Shown here one piece after another: positions 33,540 through 44,980 of a stretch of 64,000 nt of DNA. This DNA is from Heteronotia binoei (taxonomy: Eukaryota): assembly GCF_032191835.1 (NCBI RefSeq), contig NC_083235.1, positions 17,918,001 through 17,982,000 on the forward strand, read 5' to 3'. The position numbers and the translations under genes were made by a program. The notes beneath the pieces were generated by a model. It searched no databases. It was not told the DNA's origin and saw nothing but the letters and a program-made list of their open reading frames with translations. Numbering within the stretch: position 1 is the stretch's first letter; each line of letters starts with the position of its first letter.

Positions 33540-34060
33540 GACATTAAAATACTCTCCCTTGGGTGATTGTATTGAATGCATAATCTTTAAACACTGGCAT
33601 ATTATTCTGGATATACCAGGCTTTCAAAACACCCCTACAGTGGATTTTAAAAAAGCAAGGAACATCAGAAACATTGTAGATCAGTCTGATAGCTTGAATA
33701 TTAACAGAAATCAGACTATTACACTTAGACACTTCAGGTGTGGGGCATGTTCATATTTAAAATATGTAAATTTGATTTAGAATTTAAGGAATTTCAACAC
33801 CCCACAGAGGATAAGTGTATAAAATTCAATCAATTCAATCAAACTGTAAAACAAAAATAATATATATCTTATAAAATGATCTTGCAGTTATTTAAATATA
33901 GATATGACTACTCAAGACCTTAGGACCAGAATATTGGAATACAGATCAAGAATTATTAACAAAATAGTGGAAGCTCTTTTGGTCCAGCGTTTTCTCAATA
34001 GACCTCAAACACCCCACTTAATCTCAGATTTGTGTGATTTTTATATTTTATCCTCACCTC
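33540..34060 (+). mobile_element. Penelope-like element, degenerate GIY-YIG region
   Basis: IFKHWHII...KKARNIRN...HFRCGACSY...IYLIK*SCSY...MTTQDLRTRILEYRSRII, read across frameshifts. Confidence 0.6.
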
Positions 34061-34550
34061 TATAATTGCCAAGATGATTGTCCATAAATCCCTTATATAC
34101 AGCAGCTACTTTAAACCACATTAATTTCCATTATGAAAATCAATTATTCGTAGGAAATAGCTGGAATCTCAAAAAGTGATAAATATTTGTCCATGTTTCT
34201 GTGCAGCAACAAATCAGCACTGGCAGGAGTTTCCCATAGCGCATGACAGTGGACAAATTACACAAGTTTTAGCATTAGAATGGGACTCTGTGTACTACAA
34301 CAGTTACTAAAAAAAGAAGTGAAGTGTATAGTGCTTATCTTTATTCGGATATTTTACTTCCAAACACTCTTCAGAAAGCTCCCTTCACTTTCTTATGTAA
34401 GGTTTTGGCCAGAATCTATGACAAGACTTCTCAAGTAGATTTAAAAGAAGCTTTAATGAAGAAACTTATAGCAAACACTTGTAGCATGTGTCTACAAGGC
34501 TACTGCCTTGCCAGACTAACTTAAAACAAAATTTATAAGTAGATATAGAT

Positions 34551-34686
34551 CAGGGGTGGCCAACGATAGCTCTCCAGATGTTTTTTGCTTACAACTCCCA
34601 TCATCCCTAGACATTGGCCATGCTGGCTGGGGCTGATGGGAGTTGTAGGCAAAAAACATCTGGAGAGCTACCGTTGGCCACCCCTG
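34551..34686. mobile_element. hAT MITE (second family)
   Basis: TIR CAGGGGTGGCCAA, perfect TSD ATATAGAT. The empty paralogous site is at about 55725. Confidence 0.9.
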
Positions 34687-34904
34687 ATATAGATTACAGG
34701 TTAACAGTCCATCACCTCTCCCACCTATATCTCCCACCTGAAAGTCTTTGAAACATTTCTCAGGACTCAATGCTACTATCTGTCACAGTCACATTCCGGT
34801 TGGTAGACATCTTCCACTGGTTCCTATCTCCATTGTCAGGGAGTTGAAATAAAGCTGAAGCTTCCCACAGAACCTTTCCCTTCACTATGGTTTCCTTTCA
34901 CACA

Positions 34905-35366
34905 AGGAGGAGGGCGACAAAGATGGTGAGGGGTCTGGAGACCAAGTCCTATGAGGAAAGGTTAAAGGAGCTGGGGATGTTTAGCCTGGAGAAGAGGTGG
35001 CTGAGAGGTGATATGATCACCATCTTCAAGTACTTGAAGGGCTGCCATATAGAAGATGGTGTGGAATTGTTTTCTGTGGCCCCAGAGGGTAGGACCAGAA
35101 CCAATGGGTTGAAATTAAATCAAAAGAGTTTCTGGCTCAACATTAGGAAGAACTTCCTGACCGTTAGAGAGTCCTCAGTGGAACAGGCTTCCTCGGGAGG
35201 TGGTGGGCTCTCCTTCCATTGAGGTTTTTAAACAGAGGCTAGATGGCCATCTGACAGCAATGAAGATCCTGTGAATTTAGGGAGAGGTGCTTGTGAGTTT
35301 CCTGCATTGTGCAAAGGGGTTGAACTAGATGACCTTAGATGTCCCTTCCAACTCTATGATTCTATG
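34905..35366 (+). mobile_element. CR1 LINE 3' fragment
   Basis: [30 protein letters not shown] followed by the 3' UTR ending ACTCTATGATTCTATG. Confidence 0.9.
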
Positions 35367-35543
35367 AAATATTGCTTCATAGGTTAACATGTCTTATCCA
35401 TTCTAAAGAAAGTGTTAATGAAGAAATACATGGAATATATATGTACATTAGTATGTGATAGCATTGTAATTACATGTGTTAGTGTAGTTGGATCTATCAG
35501 AGGATGTTATGGATAATTGGGGTCTCATAAGCAACGATAATAC

Positions 35544-35727
35544 CAGGGCTTTTTTTGTAGCAGGAATTCCTTTGCATAATAGACCACACACCCCGTGATG
35601 TAGCCAATCCTCCAAGAGCTTACAGGGCTCTTTGTACAGGACCTACTGTAAGCTCCAGGAGGATTGGCTACCTCAGGGGTGTGTAGCCTAACCAGGACTT
35701 CAGGAATTCAGCTACAAAGAAAGCCCT
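35544..35727. mobile_element. palindromic hAT MITE
   Basis: Same family as 2599-2778. It is absent at the paralogous site near 56400. Confidence 0.8.
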
Positions 35728-36722
35728 TATCTGGGGGAAATTGCTGGGTTAGTCTTAATCCACAACCTTAAGACAGATCCCTGTCAGAAACTTGTACCTG
35801 CCACCTTGTTCCTCAAGCTGTAGATCAGGGGGTTGAGCATGGGAGTCAAAACCCCGTACATTAAAGATATGACCTTATCTTGACCTGAAGCAGATTTTTC
35901 TCCTCGATCCCGCTGATCCTGGGCTGACTTCTCTTGCAGTTCAGTTTAAACCGAGCTGCAAGAGTAGCCAGCCCCAGCCCAGGCAGTGTGGAGCTCTCCG
36001 CTACAGTTACTCTGTCTGATCCTGGGCTGAATTCTTTTGCAGCTTCTTTTAAAATAAGCTTTGAGAGATGCCAACCCAAGCTGAGGCAGCACAGGGCCCT
36101 CAGCTCTTGCCACACCAGCTGCTCATCTCTTGAAGTTCAGTTTAAACCCAGCTGCAAAAAAAAAAAAGCCAGCACCGGGTGATGCTAATCTGTTCCTGCC
36201 TTTTGCTGTTTTTGGATCTAACAGTAATTCCTGAATATATCCAAGGTTTTTTTGGGATTCCCCCCCACCCCCAGTTTTCCCAAGAAAATTCAGATCTGCT
36301 GTTCACATGGAATTGTTTATCATCTGAGAATCTGGTTTAGAACCTAGAGGCAGAAAGAATCCAATTCTTGTCCTACTTTCTTGCTAAGGCAATATTAGTT
36401 GACATGTTTACACCAATTTTGTCCTAACACCTGATTTCATAAGTATCATTCCCCACTCATTTTGTCCAATATAATATATAGGCTAAATCAAACCAGATTA
36501 ATTTCCATTACAGAAGTCGCTTGTAATCTCAAGGGACAAATTTATGACCATGTTTCTAGGAAGCAAGAAATCATCACTCGCAGTTGTTTCCCACTGAACA
36601 TGGCAAAACAGAGACTTGTTGGCCATCACAGTTGATGACTTACACAGATTTCAGCATTAAAATGGGGTCCTGTGTATGATAAAGGTTACCATAAGAAGAA
36701 GTAGAGTGTGTGGTGCTTGCCT

Positions 36723-37655
36723 TTATTCAGACGTTTTCCTTCCAAACAACCTCCAGAAAGCTCCCTTCACCTCCTTGTTCCTCAAGCTGTAGATCAGGGG
36801 GTTGAGCAAGGGAGTAAAAACCACGTACATTAAAGATATGATCTTATCTTGATCCGAAGCAGATTTTTCTTGAGGTTTCAAGTACATGATCATGATTGTA
36901 CCGTAAAAGATACTGACCACCGTAATGTGCGAACTACAGGTGGAGAAGGCTTTCTTCCGTCCATGTGTTGAGCGAATGCGCAGGACCGCTAAGACTATGC
37001 GCCCGTATGTCAGAACAATGAAGCCAAAGGGGGGTATTAGGTCAAAGATGCTGCTAACTTGCATATAGAGCTCTGGAGCGTGTGTGCCAGAGCAGGCCAG
37101 TTTGAGGAACGATTGTAGCTCACATCCAAAATGGTTAATAACATTTTGCCCACAGAAGTCAGTTGGTTGCAACAAAATGTTCATCAAGGTATTTAGTGAT
37201 GCAAGGACCACACATAAAGACACTAAACCAGTACAAAATCTCCAGCTCATGATTTGCATATAGTGGAGTGGCCGACATATTGCTGCAAAGCGGTCATATG
37301 CCATGACAGCCAGAAGAAGACATTCTATTACAACGAGTAATAGACCGACATACATCTGAACCAAGCACCTATAGAAGGAGATTGTGGGCCTGTAAAAGAA
37401 GCAGTTGACCAGGATTTCAGGAATTACATTGTTGGAGAGGATGAGATCCACTGAGGAGAGGATGCAAAGAAAGAAATACATGGGAGAATGAAGATGAGAG
37501 TCTACAATAATCAATATGATGATGAAGCTATTCCCAAGAAAGCTTATGAGGTATACCAGCAAGAGGAAGCAAAAGAGCACAGCCTGTGCTTGGGGGTGTT
37601 CAGACAACCCAATCAAGATGAATTCAGTCACCACTGTGTCATTTGGAGCTCCCAT
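36723..37655 (-). CDS. olfactory receptor, class II, intact (OR3)
   Basis: 310 aa with NDT sequon, LHSPMYFFL, MAYDRFAAICRPLHY, KAFSTCSSH and [12 protein letters not shown]. Confidence 0.97.
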   Translation of the reverse strand: MGAPNDTVVTEFILIGLSEHPQAQAVLFCFLLLVYLISFLGNSFIIILIIVDSHLHSPMYFFLCILSSVDLILSNNVIPEILVNCFFYRPTISFYRCLVQMYVGLLLVVIECLLLAVMAYDRFAAICRPLHYMQIMSWRFCTGLVSLCVVLASLNTLMNILLQPTDFCGQNVINHFGCELQSFLKLACSGTHAPELYMQVSSIFDLIPPFGFIVLTYGRIVLAVLRIRSTHGRKKAFSTCSSHITVVSIFYGTIMIMYLKPQEKSASDQDKIISLMYVVFTPLLNPLIYSLRNKEVKGAFWRLFGRKTSE

Positions 37656-38439
37656 GTCGCATCCTCTGCCTTGTCACTTCTGTAGGAAAGAATAAATGAC
37701 TTGTTTAGAAGTAGCCCAGGCAAGGTTTTATGTGAAGCCAAATCTTTGGTTCACCAACGCTTGACTGACATTGAGGTTCAAAGTGATGAATCACTCTTAC
37801 CTAGCATGTATAGGAGGTTAAAAATCTTGGTCTGGATTTGCTGCAGCCCCATATTTATCTAATATCACATATGAAAAGTGTAGATGGGCCTTTTCCAGGG
37901 CACATTTTGATGCCCTCCGAAATTTGCAGATGTCGTGCTACTGAAATACTTATTGGAGGATACTGAGAAGTCTGTAACTCAGGCAGTAGCAAAATGTTGT
38001 TTCTTAGCCATATATAAATGGAAGTTTTTAACAGATGGTTAATAATCTCATTTTTAAGGTTTAACATTTGTGGAATATGAGAATGTAGTCAGAAATTATG
38101 GTCTGTGACTATGAGATTTTGCATATTGTTATTGCTGGTCAATTGACAGTAATAATTGGAAACTGGAACTGGAAAATGTTGAAATGTTTTTTTGAATTCT
38201 GATCCCCGGGATATTTGTCTTTCTGAACCCAGTGCAGTGTAAACAAAATTAAGTTAATGAGACTTCAGTCCATCTAATTTCATGGTTTTTTAAAGGTAAT
38301 TGATCATCATCAATTATTGATGCTCACAGACCAATTGATCATAATTGAGCTTGTTTGCAAGGAGGGCAGGATACAAATAGAAATATATAAAATAAAATAT
38401 AAATCAATCAATCATAAGCATATAAAAAGATACAAAATC

Positions 38440-38700
38440 AATCTGAAATACATTTAAGTCATAAAATTCACTACCTCCCAATTTAGTACCATCTGCAAAT
38501 TTAATAATCGTTCCCTCTATTCCTTCATCCAAATCAGTTATAAAGATGTTGAACAAAACAGGCCTCAGAACAGACCCTTGAGGCACTCCGCTTGTCACTC
38601 CTCTCCATTCACACGCACTCTTTGGGTGCGATCTGTCAGCCAGTTACAGATCCACCTAACAGTAACAAATGTTACAAATTTGTCAACAAGAATATTACAT
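38440..38700 (-). mobile_element. CR1 RT fragment (also present at about 48520-48780)
   Basis: [40 protein letters not shown] occurs in both OR3 and OR4 units, so it predates their duplication. Confidence 0.8.
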
Positions 38701-38719
38701 GGAACCTTATCAAAAGCTT

Positions 38720-40078
38720 TACTGGTAAGGTTCCACATAATATTCTTTTTGACAAATTGGTTAAATGTGGTTTTGTACAGAACTAGGTTCAGCGGCCCAG
38801 AACCCAGGAATAAAGATTCAAAGTCAAAACTTTGTGGCTTTATTCATTAACTCAATGGTGGTTTTATTTATTTACGGATCTGTGCCATAAAATCATCAAG
38901 CCTTGGCAAACTCACACTTGCTCAAAGCTCAGCAGCTCAGGAGAGTAGCGGCTCACAAGAAATCGTCACCAAGAGGTGACAAGCTTCATTAACCTGCATA
39001 TACTATTCACCATCACCCTAAATTCAGCCAAGCACAATAACTTCTATTTGTTATTTGCTACCTGTGGTGTTTGGCCACATATCCTTAGGCTTTGAGCAGC
39101 AAATCTGGACTCCATAGCTAGCTGCAGCCTCACCAGTCATCCAACTGATCAGTCCCAGTTATACATCTAGCAGAAGAAGAAAGCTGCTGTTCCAAGCCAG
39201 GTTTAAAGTAGTGCTGTGAAAGACGAAGAAGACAGCTGGATGGGATTGCTTGCTGCAAGTGAAGTCTCAAAAAAAAATAAAAAAAAAAAATTCAGAGTCT
39301 GGCACATATTTGGCCAAACAAATGTCCTCTAGTTCTCCATTGGAAGTCTGCGTCCGAACTCAAGAGCACCAAAGCAAATACCCAGTTGTTTGGCTCTGAG
39401 GATGAACAGAATTTACCCACATATTACTTCTGTCAGTAATGGGGTTTTACTTACTTGTGAGGTCCAGACCATAGGCGGGAAGTCTTCAATATGTATCCAT
39501 TCTATGCTACAGCAAAAAGACTGTAAAAAAACCTTTGACACTAGCAGCCTAGCCTTCCTCTTCAAGGCCAGATAATTTAACTAAATTTAATCCTTTTCTA
39601 TGAGTACACTCCCCAGTTCAAAGTTGTTTGCTAAGGTCATTTCTTCACTAACAGTTTCAGCCTAGGACAGATGACTTAGAAGAGAGAGGTCCAGAAATTT
39701 TGTGTTTGGTGGGATGGCAAGTGAAACTGATCAACTCTCCAAGAATGCTTGTAGCTTCCAAGGAGTAGAGTGAAGAAGATGGCAAAAAGCTGATGTTCCT
39801 TTTCAAAGAAGTTCTGGGAACAATGGCTTAGCTGGGGCATATGAAGAGATCAGTTCTTCATTCTTGTGAAAAGAACAGCTCTGCTGGTTTCTGTGGTATT
39901 AGAGGTCCTCTTGGAATAGTACGCAGAAGTCTTAAGTAGAACTCCTAGGAAATCACTTCAAATGAATACTTTCGACTCAAAGACTAATTACTCTTTCATC
40001 TTATTTAAACTTTACGAATGCTATGGGGAATGTAGATGTAAGGAATAGTTGGGTAAACATCACAGTTTTCAATGTGTT
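38720..40078 (-). promoter_or_regulatory. OR3 upstream module
   Basis: Acceptor TTTTTTTACAG at 39521, donor GTAAGT at 39454, CTAATTAC at 39984-39991. Confidence 0.55.
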
Positions 40079-40519
40079 TTTGCCCCCTAAGGTCAGAATA
40101 AAGAGTCTGACACAGTACATTGCAATAAAATTGGACCACTTTATTAACTTAACAGAATAAACAGCAAGGACACCCCACCAGCGGCCTGACCAGGGCTAGG
40201 GGTCACCCTGACCGCTCCCCTGACATTAAAGGGCGAGAGACACAGGCCCCCGGCCGGAGCTGAGCAACTCAGCTCCCTCCAGGAAGGCCCAGCAGGGAAA
40301 CCCCCACCAGAGGGCCCAAACCCAGATTCATGTCTCGCTGGAAAGGCACCCTCTAGCCGAGCCTCCTGGACAGTCTGTATTCTCCAAACCCGGGTCTCCA
40401 AACCCAAGGTTGATCATGCCAGACCCCAAATTCCCCAAAAGGGGGATGCTTCGCAGTCCTCCCCTAGCCGCAGTGTCCTAAACCCCCCAAACCTGCCACT
40501 ACTAAGGCCAAGTCTCTAC

Positions 40520-41127
40520 TTAGGGCTTAGCACCCACCAGGAGGCCCAAAGCCACCCGCAACCCTTGCTGCAAATCTCTCAGGAAAAGCTTATTACCCTT
40601 TTCCAAGAGATGGACCCCATCCTCTCTGTAGAGGCCAGGACATTTTACCAAAATATCCGAATGGGGCAAATAGTGTCCCAAACCCCTTTCAAGCAGCTTT
40701 TTAATTTCCTTGTTGGCCTTATACCTATCCCTTTCTATAGCTGCAGGGTCCAAAGCACAACACCACACCAGGCTGGGCAGCATGGCTGACCACACTAAGA
40801 TGGTCCCCGGGCATCGCTCCCGACTGTGCTGGAAGTCATCACGGGCTTGCCACACTAAGGCCTTGCCCTTCAACAGCCCCAGATCATTACCTCCCAGGTG
40901 AACAATTAAGATCTGAGGAGGAGGACCCGCTCTATTCTCAAGCAATAATGGCAGCAAGCCCAGCCACTGAAGGCCCCTGCACCCCTGCCATTCGATAACG
41001 GCATGCTGGCTGAGTCCCAGCTGAGAGCCGACCACAGTTCTCTGTGCCTGAAGAGCGGCCCAAAACACATGACTATGGCCGCAGATGAGAACTCGGCTCC
41101 GGCTCCTCTGGCCAGGAACAGCCGCAT
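40520..41127 (-). CDS. Ngaro-B SGNH hydrolase/esterase domain, open
   Basis: ICGHSH (block I), HLGGNDLG (block III), REDGVHL (block V), with no stops. The real start is probably supplied by splicing at 41128. Confidence 0.75.
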
Positions 41128-41188
41128 CTAAAGAGAAAAAACAGTTAAACACAAACAGAATCAATAACGTTCCCACCACCAAAGTTAC

Positions 41189-42081
41189 TCACGGCCCAAT
41201 AAAAAGACGCACATAGGCCTTGTAGGCCGATGAACGGCACCAACCCAGCCTCTGAATAGAAGTAGCCGTATACCCCATGGCTGCCGCTGTAGAGGCCGCC
41301 CCAATCCTAAAGGAGTGGGTCCCAAACTGCACCCCTGACAACCCCAGCTCACCCAAAGCCCGGGCCATCACCGCCCAAAACTGGTGTCTCGTCAACGGGT
41401 TACCATCCAGGTGCATAAATAGAAACCCATCCCTGGGCCCCCTGACAGCCAAGTAAGCAGCCAGCGCAGCAACTGGACACAGCTCAAGCTCAGAACAACT
41501 ACCGAGTTCGAGCACAGTACCCCGCTGTAACTGATCCATCTTAGAACGACAGACAGTAACAACTGCCTTACCCCCAAACAGCTGCAAATCCCCAACACGC
41601 AGCGCCCTGCCAGAAACATCGTTTCTAGACTGAGCCACCAGCTCACTCACCCTAAGAGCCCCAAAAAAGGCTAACAAGGACACGGCGTGGAACAAACATG
41701 CTTCAAAAGGCGAAGGACACACCACGTACGTCAAATCGAAGGAGACACAGGACTCCGCATATCAACCCTGGGACCGGCCTCTCTAGACCACCCCTCCAAC
41801 ATCTTTCGCAGACAAAAGTCCGCTGTGTCTTCCCTATAACCCAGTGCCTTGCTGGCAAAAGCCAACGCCGACAGGCGCCCCCTAATGGATCGCACTGCCA
41901 ACCCCTTACCTCTTAGCGAAACACAGTAATGGAGCAATTCCTCCACCGGAAGGGGCCACACCCTGCGGTACCCTACCTCAGCCCTAAAGTCTTCAAACTG
42001 CCGCACAGCCCGTTCATAAGACTTCTGCGTGCTTGGCGCAATGGCTAGACCTCTGCAGGCCTCGGCTCTCCAATCAGCCAT
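41189..42081 (-). pseudogene. Ngaro-B tyrosine recombinase, one frameshift near 41735
   Basis: LRVSEL, RSKMDQ, THSFRIGAAS, GWCRSSAYKAYVR. Confidence 0.88.
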
Positions 42082-43756
42082 AGCTCCTGGGGCATTGGCA
42101 CCGGCACTCCGTCTGCCTCTTGGGCCAGCTGATGAAATCTCTCCATCTGTTTATGAGATAGAGCATCAGCCACCCCATTACTTACCCCAGGAACATGTTT
42201 CGCTAAAAACAGAATATTAAGCCGCAAACAACGCAGAGTGAAGGCCCTCACCAGTCTCATAACCTGCCCAGATTTGGATGAGAGGGAATTAATGATGTCG
42301 ACCACTGCCATATTATCACACCAAAAATGAACGATGTGATTGGCCATATCCTTCCCCCACAGCCAAACCGCAACTAAGATGGGAAAGAACTTGAGAAACG
42401 TGAGATCCCGGTTCACCCCTACCCTTGCCCAGGAATCGGGCCAGCTATCCACGCACCAATGTCCACGGAAATAAACACCAAAACCCAAGGAACCAGCAGC
42501 ATCAGACATGACTTGGAGCTCAGCCTCGAGCCTCATATCCTCTCTCCAAAAGGAGACTCCATTAAAAGACTCCAAAAATTCCTGCCAAACCCTCAAATCA
42601 TCCCTCATGCTGCAGGTAACCCTAGTTCTATGCTGAGGCAGGCGCAGCCCTGCCATAGCATCACACAGTCTTCTAAGAAAAGCCCTTCCAGGAGCGACAA
42701 CTTTGCAGGCAAAGTTGAGGTGCCCTACTAACTGCTGCAATTCCAGCAGAGTAACCTTCTTCTTAAGAAGGAAGGTACAAATCCTAGCCCTCAACTCCTC
42801 TATCTTCTGAGGCGGCACCCTAGACAATTGTGCTAAAATATCGATCTCTATCCCCAAAAAGCTCAGCCTCTGGGCCGGACCTTCAGTCTTCTCAGGAGCT
42901 AAGGGAACCCCAAACTCAGCTGCCAGCTTGGTGAAACCAGCCAGCAGCTGCCCACAACACCCCGTTCCCTGGGGACCCACAAACAGTAGTCATCCAAATA
43001 ATGAACAACCTCCTGCAAACCCACTTTCTCCCGCACAGCCCATTCCAAAAATGTGCTGAAACGTTCAAAAGCGGAACATGACACAGAGCAGCCCATTGGC
43101 AATGCTCTATCCATGTTAAATTGGCCCTCAAAAGAAAAGCCTAAAAGCTCAAAATCATCGGGGTGAACAGGCAGAAGGCGAAACACCGACTTAATATCGC
43201 ATTTTGCCAATTCTGCCCCCAGCCCACAACGCCTAACCACGGCAATAGCCTGGTCAAAACTGGTGTACCTGACAGAGCATAAGTGCTCTGGAATTCCATC
43301 ATTCACAGACCCGCCCCTGGAAAAAGACAAATGGTGAATCAAACGAAATTCACCAGGCGTCTTTTTAGGCACCACACCCAAAGGAGATACTCTAAGAGTA
43401 CTCATTGGAGGATGTAAAAAGGGGCCCAAAATCCTCCGCTCAGCCAGCTCCTTAGCAATTTTGTCCCTAACGACCTGTTCCAAACCTTGAACTGACTTAA
43501 GGTTTCCAGACATAAACTGAACTTGAGACCCCTGAAAAGGGATCCTAAAACCAAATTTAAAACCCTCTAACAAGTACAAACTGTCAGCCCTCCAAGGATA
43601 CCTTGCCAGCCACCGCTCAAGAGGTCCCACCGTTATCGGGCTGGGCCCCTTTCTTGGCCGGAAAGCTAGCTTCGCTCTCTCCAGGCTTCTTAGCATTCCT
43701 ACGCCCCCGGGCTTTAGGACAGTCATTGAAGGAGTGGGCTCCCGTACACATGGCAC
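42045..43756 (-). pseudogene. Ngaro-B RT/RNase H, frameshift near 42950
   Basis: VSPLGVVPKK, FRLIHHLS, LPMGCSVSC, VVHYLDDY, SDAAGSLGFG, CDNMAVV, NGVADALS. Confidence 0.9.
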
Positions 43757-44469
43757 GCTTTCCTATTACATACGCCAAGGGCTCCGAATTCCCAACAGAG
43801 CAAGCGGGGTTGAACCACATGCCCCACTGTACCGCGGGGAGAATTTGATGAAGCAGAAGCAGAGGTGGACAACCTATTTACTAAGTGACCGCTAACTGAG
43901 CGCTCCCCCAGATTAGGCCTAGCCGGGGACATCACCTGCAGCCAAAGCTGCTGATGGATCCGATCCCATTGAAGAGACGGATACAGGGCAGTCCTCATCC
44001 GAAATTCCTGGTCATATTGCAGCCAGGCTGGTCCACTAAAGGCAGTATAGCCTTTATAGATAATATCCAGGTACTGGAACAAGGACGCCGTCCGCCACGG
44101 CTGTGCCCTGGCGATCACCCCGGCATAAATACAGAACCCAGGAAGCCAATTATATTACCCTTTTAAAATCTTCTCCCTGGTGGCTGGTAGCAGATGATCC
44201 CCCAGCTGCAAAGCAACTTCCCCAAAGGGCAAGGCTGCAAAAGGCAACATCCCATACGGAGAAGGTGCCCCCATAACAGGACATGCCAAATTCATCTGCC
44301 CTGTAGCTGGACACACCCAAGGTATACCCTGCCCACCTGGCCACACCCAATTTAGCGGTAATCCCACTCCAGGAGATGCAGGCACCCCTGAATAGAATAG
44401 TTGGGTAAACATCACAGTATTCACTGTGTTCCATTTCAGTGTCCTGGGTCATTATGAATATATAGGTAT

Positions 44470-44969
44470 TGTCAGACAGTGGAACTTCAAAGTAAGCAGG
44501 CTTCCGTTAGTTACAATGTTAAGACTTTATTTGATAGACCAAAGGTTCTGAGCATGGATACATTGGAACTGATGCCCGTCCCTTAGAGCATAGATACTTT
44601 AACTAGGAGTACATCAAAGGCTTTTCTAAACAAGACTACATTCCCACAATATGGTGATACATTTAACACGTTAGGTCTTTCTTATCTCATTGTGGTTCCC
44701 TTTCTCACAGGAACAGCTCCTAGCTGCCCCTGAGGCATTTTATCTTCAAAGGATTGTTGCCTTTGTTGGTATTAAGGACAGGAACTCACAGCGGGGTTAG
44801 TAACAGCTTCATTTCTACTTTGATATGGAAGGTTTCTATTTTGAGGTTAGTAGCAAATGTTAGAAAATGGAGTCAGTTAGGTCAAGCAGCTCACAGCAGT
44901 TTGAGCATAGCATCATATCATAACAGTACAGCATCATATCATAACAGTAAAGCTTTCCAGTGTCTGACA
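44470..44969 (-). repeat. 3' LTR of a Gypsy element (500 bp)
   Basis: Terminal inverted repeat TGTCAGACA...TGTCTGACA, preceded on the minus strand by the PPT GGGGGGGCAGTA. Confidence 0.85.
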
Positions 44970-44980
44970 TACTGCCCCCC

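Larger units (their letters stand above)
34347..35900 (-). pseudogene. relic OR: last about 50 codons only, split by about 1.4 kb of inserted DNA
   Basis: 35802-35900 reads [32 protein letters not shown]. 34347-34389 reads EVKGAF*RVFGSKISE*. Confidence 0.8.
40079..44394 (-). mobile_element. Ngaro-type YR retrotransposon, 5'-truncated (Ngaro-B)
   Basis: gag end, RT (43756-42899), RNase H (42980-42045), YR (42081-41189), SGNH ORF, and a 3' terminal region with AATAAA. Confidence 0.92.
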
